Shown here in pieces: positions 16,800-29,895 of a DNA stretch of 32,000 nucleotides. The DNA lies in contig NZ_AP013043.1 in assembly GCF_016592615.1 (NCBI RefSeq), positions 1,200,001 to 1,232,000 of the forward strand, given 5' to 3'. Below the pieces are notes generated by a model. It searched no databases, was not told the origin of the DNA, and saw only the letters and a program-made list of their open reading frames with translations. Source of the stretch: Isorropodon fossajaponicum endosymbiont JTNG4. GTDB lineage: Bacteria; Pseudomonadota; Gammaproteobacteria; PS1; Pseudothioglobaceae. The position numbers and the translations under genes were made by a program. Positions within the stretch are counted from its first letter, which is position 1. The number at the start of each line of letters is the position of its first letter.

Positions 16800-17324
16800 A
16801 TGATTAACAGTCACCGACTTGAAAGCGCCAAGCAAATCAGCTCGCCAAACTTTAATAAAAGACCCAACCAAGCCATATCTTTGATTGTTATTCATAATAT
16901 TTCACTACCGCCTGGCAAATTCAACAACAACCATATTGAAGATTTTTTTACCAATCAGCTTGATACCAATCAGCACCCTTATTTTAAAACCATTAAAGAC
17001 CTGAAAGTATCCACGCACCTGTTGATTAAACGTAATGGCATGATCATTCAATTCGTACCTTTTAATCAGCGCGCTTGGCATGCAGGTGAATCAAACTATA
17101 AAGGCAAGCATAATTGTAATGATTTTTCTATCGGTATTGAGTTACAAGGAGATGACAATACACCGTATGAATCGGTACAATACGAAGTCTTAAATAAGGT
17201 AGTAGATTTATTAAAGTCTCATTATCCAATAAATGCCATCAAAGGTCATAGCGATATTTCTCCGATAAGAAAAACAGATCCTGGGCCTTATTTTAAGTGG
17301 AATAAACTACATGCAATTACTTGA
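16800..17324 (+). CDS. ampD: 1,6-anhydro-N-acetylmuramyl-L-alanine amidase AmpD
   Basis: 174 aa. ..SPNFNKRP...ISLIVIHNISLPPG.F......FF.N.LD...HPYF.....LKVS.H.LI.R.G.I.QFV.F..RAWHAG.S...G...CNDFSIGIELQG.D..PY...QY......HSDI.P.RKTDPGP.F.W matches AmpD. Confidence 0.88.
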   Translation: MINSHRLESAKQISSPNFNKRPNQAISLIVIHNISLPPGKFNNNHIEDFFTNQLDTNQHPYFKTIKDLKVSTHLLIKRNGMIIQFVPFNQRAWHAGESNYKGKHNCNDFSIGIELQGDDNTPYESVQYEVLNKVVDLLKSHYPINAIKGHSDISPIRKTDPGPYFKWNKLHAIT

Positions 17325-17678
17325 TAAATTAAACCAACAAGCCAAAAACATCAAACTGATTATTCTTGATGTAGATGGTGTATTAACAGATGGTGGCTTA
17401 TACTTCTCTGACGAAGGTATGGGGCCTAAGCGCTTTAATTCGCTTGATGGGCTAGGCAATTAAACCACTCAAACAAAATGATATTGAAGCGGCTGTTATT
17501 AGCGTCAGAAGCTCTAAAAATGTAGCACACCGGATGAAGAATTTAGGCATTGAACATTTTTACCAAGGACAAGATGACAAGGTTGTTGCTTTTAATGATC
17601 TTATCAAAAAACTATCGCTTCAAACTGAACAAGTTGCTTATATGGGCGATGACATTATTGATTTACCCGTTATGAGGG
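17311..17678 (+). pseudogene. kdsC: KDO 8-phosphate phosphatase KdsC, 5' part (frameshifted, then cut by the IS element)
   Basis: MQLLDKLNQQAKNIKLIILDVDGVLTDGGLYFSDEG..FNSLDGLG is the HAD motif I region. TAA at 17461-17463 follows a 1-nt indel. The shifted frame continues IKPLKQNDIEAAVISVRSSKNVAHRMKNLGIEHFYQGQDDKVVAFNDLIKKLSLQTEQVAYMGDDIIDLPVMR up to the IS end. Confidence 0.8.
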
Positions 17679-17706
17679 CCCTGTAAACCAGATTGTGTAA
17701 ACCCTC
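17679..17706. repeat. Left terminal inverted repeat of the IS element
   Basis: CCCTGTAAACCAGATTGTGTAAACCCTC. The reverse complement of 19025-19053 is identical for 23 nt and then differs by a 1-nt indel. Confidence 0.85.
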
Positions 17707-17738
17707 ATATTTTATAATCCCCGAAAAGGAGAAAAAAC

Positions 17739-18974
17739 ATGAGTAACACAATACCAAGAAACAAAAAAAAGCAACTTAACAACACAGGCATCAACCAGAA
17801 AAAGCTCCGTGCTTTTGCTGATGAACTTGCCAAAGACATCCACACCCAAGATGATTTAGCAGATCTAGCTGCTTCACTGGTTAAAATGACCATTGAAGCA
17901 GCATTAGGTGCTGAGATGGAACATCATCTTGGTTATCCAAAATATGGGCAAAATAGCAGCGAGCTTAATACAGACAGCAATGCTCGTAATGGCTATTACC
18001 CTAAAACCGTCAAAGGCAATCATGGTGAAGTTGAACTTGCTATCCCAAGAGACCGCAGAGGTAGCTTTGAACCTTTAATTATTGAAAAAGGTCAAACGCC
18101 GATTGGGTGCTTTTGATAGTCAGATATTAAGCCTATATGCCAAAGGCATAGGTACCCGTGACATCGTCTCAACCTTTAAAGAAATGTATGATGTAGACAT
18201 CTCAGCAACATTGGTATCCAATGTCACTCAGCAGGCGGTTATCACCCAAGCGATTGAATGGCGTAATCGTCCACTTGATGAAATTTACCTATTGTCTATT
18301 TAGATGGTATTGTCATTAAAGTTAGGCAAGATAAGCAAATCATCAAAAAGACCATGTATATCGCCTTAGGTGTGAACCTTGAAGGCAGAAAAGAATACTT
18401 GGGTCTGTGGTTATCAAAAAATGAATCTTCCAAGTTTTGGCTAGGCGTTCTTAATGATATTAGTAATCGTGGCGTTAAAAACATTCTCATTGCCTCAGTC
18501 GATGGACTAACGGGCTTTCCTGAGGCAATTAATGCCGTGTTCCCCCAGACTGGTGTTCAACGGTGTATTGTGCATATGGTTAGAAACTCCCTTAAATATG
18601 TGGGTTACAAAGACAGAAAGCAGGTTGCCAGTAGTCTTAAACAAATTTACCAGTCCATCAGTGAAGATGAGGCTTTACTCGCATTAGATGAGTTTGAACA
18701 CCAGTGGGGTAAACAGTTCCCAAGCATTGCCAAATCATGGCGACGTCATTGGGATAATGTAGCAACAATATTTGCTTATCCTGAAGCCATTAGAAAGGCA
18801 GTCTATACCACCAATGCCATTGAATCCTTAAACTCAGTGATTCGTAAATCTATCAAGAATAGAAAGATTTTTAATCACGATGATTCTGCTTTTAAAGTTG
18901 TCTTTTTGGCCATTGAAGCAGCCAGTAAGAAATGGACGATGCCAATTAGAAATTGGTCACAAGCAGTGAATTAG
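17739..18974 (+). pseudogene. IS256-family transposase with two single-base indels
   Basis: Three consecutive ORFs (17739-18116, 18082-18303, 18354-18974) read as one protein: ..HLGYPKYG..RNGYYPKTVKG.HGEVELAIPRDRRGSFEPLIIEKGQT(R)LGAFDSQILSLYAKGIGTRDI..IEWRNRPLDEIY(P)IVYLDGIVIKVRQD..MYIALGVNLEGRKEYLGLW..ESSKFWLGVLNDISNRGVKNILIASVDGLTGFPEAI..VQRCIVHMVRNS..YTTNAIESLN... There is an extra C near 18096 and a missing base near 18289, just before the YLDG (first catalytic D) region. Confidence 0.85.
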
Positions 18975-19024
18975 TTTATAATCCTGCATGAGGATAGATT
19001 AAAGGATTATGTCTGATTTTTAAC

Positions 19025-19053
19025 GAGGGCTTTACACAATCTGGTTTACAGGG
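19025..19053. repeat. Right terminal inverted repeat of the IS element
   Basis: GAGGGCTTTACACAATCTGGTTTACAGGG is the reverse complement of the left end, with one extra base. Confidence 0.85.
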
Positions 19054-19275
19054 TCAAGAATCAGTGGAAGTAAATACTGATACCCACCATCTAGATACAA
19101 TGAAGTCAAAGGTAGAACACCTAAGATTGAAACAACATTGGCTATATTTTTAAACAAAAATATCTCATTAGTGACTAAAAAAATAGGTGGTCATGGCGCA
19201 GTAAGAGAAGTTTGTGATTTATTATTAAAAGCTCAAAATACCTTTGACAAAACCATGGAAAAGTACCTAACATAA
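19054..19275 (+). pseudogene. kdsC: KdsC, 3' part (further decayed)
   Basis: The terminal segment ..SLVTKKIGGHGAVREVCDLLLKAQNTFDKTMEKYLT-stop (TAA 19273-19275) matches the KdsC C-terminus (..GG.GAVREVCDLLL.AQ..). The region just after the IS (..QESVEVNTDTHH.., compare GLSVAV.DAH) is in another frame with stops between. Confidence 0.7.
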
Positions 19276-19586
19276 CCCCATTTCAACAAAAATGTTACCA
19301 AACCCTTAAAGATAAGGTTCCTGCTGGCAGAGTTATTACCTACGCTGGCCTTGCCAAACTCATTAATCACCCCAACGCCTATAGAGCGGTTGGCTCTGCA
19401 ATGAACAAAAACCCTTTTGCACCTGAAGTGCCCTGCCATCGTGTGGTTAAGTCAAATGGAGATTTAGGTGATTTTGCGGAAGATATCAAAATTAAAATAA
19501 AACGCCTCAAAAAAGAAGGCGTTGAGGTGGCTAGCAACAAAATTGTTAACTTTAAAAAAATTAACTACTTATCACTAAAAAATTAG
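19272..19586 (+). pseudogene. Small MGMT/Ogt-family protein (methylated-DNA-protein-cysteine methyltransferase DNA-binding domain) lacking an ATG start
   Basis: (I)TPFQQKCYQTLKDKVPAGRVITYAGLAKLINHPNAYRAVGSAMNKNPFAPEVPCHRVVKSNGDLGDF.. carries the PCHRV active-site motif. The frame opens after TGA at ~19243. The codon where homologues start (M-TPFQ..) is ATA (19272-19274). The first in-frame ATG is at 19401, inside the conserved domain. Confidence 0.7.
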
Positions 19587-19619
19587 ATCAACGGTATTTT
19601 TAATTAAGGACTATGGTTC

Positions 19620-20036
19620 TTAAATTTTCTTACCGCGCATCTTGTTAATCATTTGCAATTGTGCCATTGACTCGGCAAGTGCTGCTTGTGTTGCTGAAAT
19701 GTCTTGACTCTTAGTTGCATTTTCCATTGCCTCTTGTGTGCGCTGTTTAGCCTCTAACGCCTTAGATTCGTCTAAATCACTTGCTCTAATTGCAGTATCA
19801 GAAAAAATAGTCACAACATCTGGCTGGACTTCTACAATGCCACCAGAAACATAAATAGATTCTATACCTTTATCGGTTTCTACTCGAACTTCACCTGGTT
19901 TTAAGGTTGACAAAAGTGCTGTATGTTTTGGATAAATACCTAGCTCACCTGTGGATGCGGGTACAAATACACACAACGCCTCACCCGAATAAAGCGATTC
20001 TGTTGCACTAACGACATCAACATGAATGGTTGGCAT
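19620..20036 (-). CDS. atpC: F0F1 ATP synthase subunit epsilon
   Basis: 138 aa, the last gene of the atp operon. ..HVDVVSA..SLYSGE......P...GELGI.P.H..L...L.PG..R.. is typical. Confidence 0.93.
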   Translation of the reverse strand: MPTIHVDVVSATESLYSGEALCVFVPASTGELGIYPKHTALLSTLKPGEVRVETDKGIESIYVSGGIVEVQPDVVTIFSDTAIRASDLDESKALEAKQRTQEAMENATKSQDISATQAALAESMAQLQMINKMRGKKI

Positions 20037-22303
<2,267 letters not shown>

Positions 22304-22316
22304 TATCTACTCCATT

Positions 22317-23858
22317 CTACCAAGTATGGTTTGCCTTAAAGTCATCAATTGCCGCTTGTAGTTCGTTTGAAATTTCATCATTGTAATCGCCTGTTTCATT
22401 AATTTTATCCATTAATGATACTTGGTTTGCATTCATATAAACGATTAGCGCCGCTTCAAAATCAACCACTTTATTGACTTCAATATCATCTAACGAGCCC
22501 GAATTGGCGGCAAACAATGAGGTTGCCATCTCAGCAATTGATAGAGGCGAATATTGATTTTGTTTCATCAGCTCTGTCACGCGCTGACCACGATCAATTT
22601 GTGCCTTAGTCTCTGCATCAAGATCAGAGGCAAATTGTGCAAAAGCTGCCAACTCACGATATTGTGCCAAATCAAGACGAATACCGCTACCTAGTTTTTT
22701 AATAATATTAGTCTGCGCTGCACCGCCCACACGTGATACTGACAAACCTGCGTTAATCGCTGGACGAATACCTGCATTGAATAAATCTGTTTCTAAGAAA
22801 ATTTGACCATCCGTAATTGAAATAACATTGGTAGGAACGAATGCTGACACATCACCACCTTGCGTTTCAATAATTGGTAATGCTGTTAAAGAGCCTGTTT
22901 TGCCCTTAACTTTGCCATTAGTTATCTTCTCTACATAGTCTGCATTGACACGTGAGGCACGCTCAAGTAAGCGCGAATGCAAATAAAACACATCACCCGG
23001 ATAAGCCTCACGCCCTGGTGGGCGTTTAAGTAATAAAGAAACCTCACGATAAGCCCAAGCTTGCTTGGTTAAATCATCATAAACAATCAAAGCATCTTCG
23101 CCTCGATCACGAAAATACTCAGCCATAGCGCACCCTGCATAAGGTGCAATGTATTGCAGCGCTGCAGATGATGCAGCGCCTGCAGTCACAATAATGGTGT
23201 TTTCCAATGCGCCGTGCTCTTCTAATTTACGCACAACCGCTGCTACTGATGAATCTTTTTGACCAATAGCAACATATACACAACGAATACCACTGTCTTT
23301 TTGATTGATAATTGCATCAATCGCGACAGCTGTTTTACCTGTTTGACGATCGCCAATGATTAACTCACGCTGACCGCGACCCACTGGCACCATTGCATCA
23401 ATCGCTTTAATACCTGTTTGAATAGGCTGGTCTACTGATTTACGATCAATCACGCCAGGTGCCATTATTTCTAATGGCCGTACACCTTGAGCATCAATGT
23501 CACCTTTGCCATCAATGGCTTTGCCTAATGGATTAACCACTCGGCCTAGCATAGCCTCACCAACAGGCACTTCAACTAGACGATTGGTACATTTAACGAC
23601 ATCACCTTCTGAAATATGCAAATAATCACCCAGAACAACCGCACCAACACTGTCTTGCTCTAAATTAAGTGCCATGCCAAAAGTATTATTTGGGAATTCA
23701 AGCATTTCACCAAATTGCACATCAGCCAAACCATGAATACGGACAATGCCATCACCCACACTAACCACACTACCTTCTGTACGTGCCTGGACGGCAAAGT
23801 CAAATCCTTCTATTTGCTTTTTAATTAAATCACTAATTTCATGAGCGTTTAATTGCAT
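22317..23858 (-). CDS. atpA: F0F1 ATP synthase subunit alpha
   Basis: 513 aa. Walker A GDRQTGKT, followed by ..[41 protein letters not shown]... Confidence 0.98.
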   Translation of the reverse strand: MQLNAHEISDLIKKQIEGFDFAVQARTEGSVVSVGDGIVRIHGLADVQFGEMLEFPNNTFGMALNLEQDSVGAVVLGDYLHISEGDVVKCTNRLVEVPVGEAMLGRVVNPLGKAIDGKGDIDAQGVRPLEIMAPGVIDRKSVDQPIQTGIKAIDAMVPVGRGQRELIIGDRQTGKTAVAIDAIINQKDSGIRCVYVAIGQKDSSVAAVVRKLEEHGALENTIIVTAGAASSAALQYIAPYAGCAMAEYFRDRGEDALIVYDDLTKQAWAYREVSLLLKRPPGREAYPGDVFYLHSRLLERASRVNADYVEKITNGKVKGKTGSLTALPIIETQGGDVSAFVPTNVISITDGQIFLETDLFNAGIRPAINAGLSVSRVGGAAQTNIIKKLGSGIRLDLAQYRELAAFAQFASDLDAETKAQIDRGQRVTELMKQNQYSPLSIAEMATSLFAANSGSLDDIEVNKVVDFEAALIVYMNANQVSLMDKINETGDYNDEISNELQAAIDDFKANHTW

Positions 23859-23885
23859 AGTCCTTCCTCTTTAAATTTTAATAAT

Positions 23886-24437
23886 TTAGTGTGTTATTGA
23901 TAAACGCAACCCCAACTCATTCACTCGAGCTTTGATTGACATATCGATAACTTTATCACCATCTTTAACAATAACGCCACCTACTAAGTCTTTATCTATA
24001 GTGGTGTCAATGCTTACTACTTTGTTGTATTGATTTTCCAAATCACTCACAATTTGCTTTTTTTCAGGCTCGTTTAACTGATAAGCACTAATGACATTAA
24101 ACATCTTGGCATCATTTGTTGTGTTCATCAAACTTTCAAACAAGGTGGCAATACTTGGCAATGCGTTGGTGCGATTATTGTCTAATAGCACGCCAATAAA
24201 TGTTGCTTCGTGCTCACTCAACTCTCTTACCAGTATTGATTTAAGTAATGCCTTAATAGTGCTTAATTTATCTTGTTTTAAAACGTTGGGAGAAGCAATA
24301 AATCTGTGCATCTGTTCATCAATAAGTAACTGCGCACTTGCATCTAAAACCATTTTCCACTGCAAATGCGATTTGTCTTGCTGTGCCAATTCAAAAATTG
24401 CATTGGCATAAGGCTTGGCGATGACGGCTAATTCCAT
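23886..24437 (-). CDS. atpH: F0F1 ATP synthase subunit delta
   Basis: 183 aa, positioned between atpF and atpA. N-terminal ..IAKPYANAIFELA.. is typical of the OSCP/delta subunit. Confidence 0.9.
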   Translation of the reverse strand: MELAVIAKPYANAIFELAQQDKSHLQWKMVLDASAQLLIDEQMHRFIASPNVLKQDKLSTIKALLKSILVRELSEHEATFIGVLLDNNRTNALPSIATLFESLMNTTNDAKMFNVISAYQLNEPEKKQIVSDLENQYNKVVSIDTTIDKDLVGGVIVKDGDKVIDMSIKARVNELGLRLSITH

Positions 24438-24443
24438 AACTAA

Positions 24444-24917
24444 TTACAACAGCGATTGTGACAATTTACCCAACATTTGTTGGTGTGCTTTCACATCAAC
24501 TTCCTTGACAAGCACCGCACTAACGCCTTGCATAACTAAGTCAGACACTTGATTTTTTAACTCATTACGGGTTTGAATTGTGTCTTGTTCAAGCTGTGCT
24601 TGTGCTTGCGCTTTTACTTTACCCACCTCTTTTAAAGCAATGTCTTTTGCATCCTCAACCATATTTGATGCTTGACGAGTGGCATTTGCAATAATCTCAG
24701 CCGCCTGGTCTTTAGATTGATTAATCATCTCTTGAGCTTTGACTTGCGCCTCTTCTTGCTCAGAACGACCACGCTCCGCCGCCAGTAAGCCGCTTTCAAT
24801 ACGTTTTTTACGCTCTTCCATGACCATCACAATAGGCGGCCAAACAAATTTCATACAAAACCATGTAAACATAGCAAACATGATTAATTGCCCAAACATT
24901 GTCAAATTAATATTCAT
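24444..24917 (-). CDS. atpF: F0F1 ATP synthase subunit b
   Basis: 157 aa with a single N-terminal TM helix followed by a long charged helix (..RKKRIESGLLAAERGRSEQEEAQ..), at the expected operon position. Confidence 0.92.
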   Translation of the reverse strand: MNINLTMFGQLIMFAMFTWFCMKFVWPPIVMVMEERKKRIESGLLAAERGRSEQEEAQVKAQEMINQSKDQAAEIIANATRQASNMVEDAKDIALKEVGKVKAQAQAQLEQDTIQTRNELKNQVSDLVMQGVSAVLVKEVDVKAHQQMLGKLSQSLL

Positions 24918-24953
24918 AGCTCAACCCCTTTGCATTTTAAATCGTTTTTTATT

Positions 24954-25190
<237 letters not shown>

Positions 25191-25212
25191 TTACTCCTAT
25201 TTATAAAATAAA

Positions 25213-26438
<1,226 letters not shown>

Positions 26439-26549
26439 AAAGTTGAGATTATACTAGTCTGGCTTATAAAAAAATCGTTTTTTTTTGTGACTTTGATCAA
26501 TTAAATCACGCCTTGTTATAATTAACAATATAAGCATATTGTGATATAT

Positions 26550-26578
26550 TTGACAAGTGTGCGCATTATCGGAATAAT
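26550..26578 (+). promoter_or_regulatory. Candidate sigma70 promoter for sqr
   Basis: TTGACA (26550-26555), a 17-nt spacer, then AATAAT (26573-26578). A GAGGAG RBS at ~26591-26596 precedes ATG 26603. Sequence match only. Confidence 0.45.
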
Positions 26579-26602
26579 TGACTCATTTTGAGGAGATAAA
26601 TT

Positions 26603-27889
26603 ATGGCTCATATTGTTGTTATTGGTGCAAGCACAGGCGGACTACCTTTTGCCTACGATATTAAAAAAACATTAGGAAAGAATCACAAGGTGACGGTTAT
26701 TTCCAATAATCCAAACTTTAACTTTATTCCTTCAAACCCTTGGCTAGCAGTTGGTTGGCGTAGCGAAGAAGACATCAGTTTTTTACTTGAGCCTCATTTG
26801 AAACGCAAAGATATTGAGCTGATTGTCGGCGAGGCTAGTGAAATCAAACCTAATGATAATCAAGTTATGGTTGGCGATCAAGTTGTAGACTATGACTATT
26901 TAGTGCTAGCCACAGGTCCTAAATTAGCTTTTGATGAAATTGAAGGCTTGGGTCCTGAAGGTCATAGTGTTTCAATTTGTACCACTGCCCACGCTGAATC
27001 AGCGCGCCAAAAGTGGGAAGAGTTTTGTGCAAATGGTGGTGGTCCAATTGTTGTGGGCGCCGTGCAAGGCGCTTCCTGTTTTGGTCCAGCTTATGAATTT
27101 GCATGCATCATGGATACTGATCTTAAAAAGCGAGGCATTCGTGATAAATGCCCCATCACCTTTGTGACCGCAGAGCCCTACATTGGCCATCTAGGTTTGG
27201 GCGGTGTGGGCGATTCAAAAGGACTGCTAGAATCAGAATTTAGACAACGCCATATCAAGTGGATTACCAATGCTAAAGTGACTAATATCGCCGCTGACAC
27301 TGTCACCGTAGATCAAGTTAATGATGAAGGAGAAGTCATCAAAACCATTGAAGTTGCCACCCAGCATACCATGCTGTTACCCGCCTTTAAAGGCGTTGAT
27401 ACAGTTGCAAAACTAGCCGATGTAGATGCAGGCTTTGTCAATCCACGTGGCTTTGTTATGGTGAATGATTATCAACAATCCCCTATTAAAGATAATATTT
27501 TTTCAGTCGGTGTTAATATCGCTATTCCGCCTGTTGAGCCAACACCTGTGATGTGTGGCACACCAAAAACGGGCTATATGATTGAATCCATGGTCACCGC
27601 TGTTGTGCATAATATTGAAGAAATGATTGCCGACAAAGCACCTTCTCATATTCCAACTTGGAATGCAGTTTGTATTGCTGACATGGGTGATACAGGTGCA
27701 GCCTTTGTTGCCATGCCACAAATTCCACCTAGAAACGTTACTTGGGCTAAAAAAGGCAAAGTGATGCACCTTGCTAAAATCGCCTTTGAAAAATTCTTCA
27801 TTCGCAATATGAAAACAGGCAACTCAGAGCCTGCCTATCAAAAGTACATTTTTAAAATGTTAGGTATCGAGCGTTTAAAGAAAAAATAG
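26603..27889 (+). CDS. sqr: Sulfide:quinone oxidoreductase (type I SQR, FAD-dependent)
   Basis: 428 aa. N-terminal FAD fold HIVVIGASTGGLP, followed by ..FNFIPSNPWLAVGW... The three cysteine contexts expected for type I SQR are present (..SVSICTTAHA.., ..GASCFGPAYEF.., ..AVCIADMGDTGAAFV..). Confidence 0.88.
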   Translation: MAHIVVIGASTGGLPFAYDIKKTLGKNHKVTVISNNPNFNFIPSNPWLAVGWRSEEDISFLLEPHLKRKDIELIVGEASEIKPNDNQVMVGDQVVDYDYLVLATGPKLAFDEIEGLGPEGHSVSICTTAHAESARQKWEEFCANGGGPIVVGAVQGASCFGPAYEFACIMDTDLKKRGIRDKCPITFVTAEPYIGHLGLGGVGDSKGLLESEFRQRHIKWITNAKVTNIAADTVTVDQVNDEGEVIKTIEVATQHTMLLPAFKGVDTVAKLADVDAGFVNPRGFVMVNDYQQSPIKDNIFSVGVNIAIPPVEPTPVMCGTPKTGYMIESMVTAVVHNIEEMIADKAPSHIPTWNAVCIADMGDTGAAFVAMPQIPPRNVTWAKKGKVMHLAKIAFEKFFIRNMKTGNSEPAYQKYIFKMLGIERLKKK

Positions 27890-28230
27890 ACCTCTAATGT
27901 GTTTTTTAAACAAGATATGTCTATATACCAATAATTGGTTTTTTTCAGAAAAAAATGAAAATTTCTATTGGCTTTAACAAATGCACCACTGGCATGCTTA
28001 CATCGTTGTTCTTGTATTATTCAACATTACGGAAGTTTTAATAAACGCTATAGAAAGCAGTATTATTCATTTTAGAATGTGGTCAAATATATTTTATGGC
28101 AACCCAAGCGATTATTATGTATATATGCCTTTATTCTCTAATCAGTTTGCTTAGATTGTCTATGAGACGATAGGTCTTCTTATGTTTCATATATAAAATA
28201 GATGACCAAGGTATCAGCTAAATTCGGGCA

Positions 28231-29892
28231 TTAAATACTCATTCCAATCATTTCTGCAGCAGCATTTCTAGCTTTCTCGGTGATAGTTGCACCCCCTAAA
28301 ATACGGGCAATCTCATCCACACGTTCATTGCTAGATAACTGTGTTACTGTGGTTTGTGCACCGTCTTTATCTTGTGACTTTTGCACACGCAAATGTTGAT
28401 GACCAAAAGCAGCAACTTGTGCTAAATGAGTAATGCAAATGACTTGATAATACCCGCTTAATTGTTTAAGTTTTTTCCCAACGACTTCGGCTACTGCACC
28501 GCTGATGCCAACATCTACCTCATCAAAAATCAAAGTAGGAGTGTATTCGCTGTCACTACCAATCACTGAAATGGCTAATGAAATTCGTGACAATTCACCG
28601 CCTGAGGCGACTTTTTTTAAAGGCTTAAAATCTTGTCCCATACTGGTTTTGACTAAAAAATCAACCGACTCTGCACCATTTAAATGCACGCCATCAGGCT
28701 TGGAGGGTAAAGCAGATGAAAACTCACTACCAGGCATGCCCAATACTTGCATGGTTTGTGTGACTAAGTTTGATAACTCATACGCCTTGCTGATTCTAAT
28801 TTTGCTTAATTGCACTGCTTTTTCTTGATAGTCTGCTTGCAATTGATTTTTTTGATGGACAAGTTCATCAAGCGAATGAGTGCCAGTGCCTATCTCGTCC
28901 AATTGCAACTCAATATTATTTTTGATGGTTAATAATTCAGGAATTTGACAGCTATGCTTTCTGGCCAAATCATGCAACTCACCAAGACGTGCCTCTAGCG
29001 TTTTAACGGTTTCATCATCAACAGATAAACTGTTCAAATAATGGGTAAGTTCATAAATACCCTCTTGGGCTTGCAACTGAGCATTTGAGAGTAATTCTAC
29101 AGCTTGGACTAGCGCCTTGTCCATGTCTAGCGCCTCAGATAAGGCATGATTAATACTTAATAGCTGGGTATTAATGCCTGTTTCGTTTTCAAGCTGATTT
29201 AATACACCTGAGACTTTCTCAATTAACGCTGCACTATTTGCACTGGTCTTAAATTCAGCCTCAATCGTAGTTAACTCTTGTTCGCTTAATACTGCATCAT
29301 TTAATTCTTTGAGTTGGTGAGTGAGTAGTTCTTGTTGTTGCAGCTTCATTTGATGGTTATTATTCAAATTCTCAATTTGCTCACTCACTTGTTTGTGTGC
29401 ATTTACTACCACATTAAGCGAGGTGCAAAGTGCTTGCGTATCAGCGTACGTATCCAATAATTGCCGCTGTTGATTGGGACGCAATAAAAGTTGGTGCTCA
29501 TTCTGACCATGCATATCAACCAACAACTCACCGACACCGCGCATTACTGACAAAGGCACATTAATGCCACTGACAAATGCTCTTGAGCGACCATCAGCAT
29601 TCAGTACTCTACGCAAAATACACTCACCCTCATCTTCTAGTGAGTGCACTTGAAGATAGTTTTGAATTTTTGGATAATGAGCCACATCAAAACTGGCACT
29701 AATTTCAGCTTTATCTGCACCAAGACGTACCAAGGTAGCATCGCCACGACCACCCAATGCCAAGTTAAGGGCTTGCAAAAGAATGGATTTTCCTGCGCCT
29801 GTTTCACCTGTAACAACGCTCATGCCTTGCTTAAAAGACAAGTCTAGCGCTTCAACAACTGCTAAATTTTTAACACTTAATTGAGACAGCAT
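28231..29892 (-). CDS. recN: DNA repair protein RecN
   Basis: 553 aa. N-terminal Walker A (VVTGETGAGKSILLQAL), a long coiled-coil, then the C-terminal signature ..ASGGELSRISLAI.. and Walker B ..LIFDEVDVGISG... Confidence 0.96.
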   Translation of the reverse strand: MLSQLSVKNLAVVEALDLSFKQGMSVVTGETGAGKSILLQALNLALGGRGDATLVRLGADKAEISASFDVAHYPKIQNYLQVHSLEDEGECILRRVLNADGRSRAFVSGINVPLSVMRGVGELLVDMHGQNEHQLLLRPNQQRQLLDTYADTQALCTSLNVVVNAHKQVSEQIENLNNNHQMKLQQQELLTHQLKELNDAVLSEQELTTIEAEFKTSANSAALIEKVSGVLNQLENETGINTQLLSINHALSEALDMDKALVQAVELLSNAQLQAQEGIYELTHYLNSLSVDDETVKTLEARLGELHDLARKHSCQIPELLTIKNNIELQLDEIGTGTHSLDELVHQKNQLQADYQEKAVQLSKIRISKAYELSNLVTQTMQVLGMPGSEFSSALPSKPDGVHLNGAESVDFLVKTSMGQDFKPLKKVASGGELSRISLAISVIGSDSEYTPTLIFDEVDVGISGAVAEVVGKKLKQLSGYYQVICITHLAQVAAFGHQHLRVQKSQDKDGAQTTVTQLSSNERVDEIARILGGATITEKARNAAAEMIGMSI

Positions 29893-29895
29893 CGA

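Larger units (their letters stand above)
17679..19053 (+). mobile_element. IS256-family insertion sequence (1375 bp), degenerate
   Basis: Terminal inverted repeats CCCTGTAAACCAGATTGTGTAAA(-/G)CCCTC at both ends enclose an IS256/mutator-type transposase reading frame. The element interrupts kdsC. Confidence 0.85.

Noticed and set aside
17739-18974. Programmed ribosomal frameshifting as the explanation for the split IS transposase
   Set aside because: IS256-family transposases are, to my knowledge, single-ORF proteins. There are two separate breaks, one insertion and one deletion, neither at a slippery heptamer. Decay is the simpler explanation.
26448-26453. TATAAT (minus strand) as the -10 element of the atp operon promoter
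   Set aside because: It lies only ~10-20 nt from the candidate atpI start codons and has no convincing -35 element. I did not annotate it.
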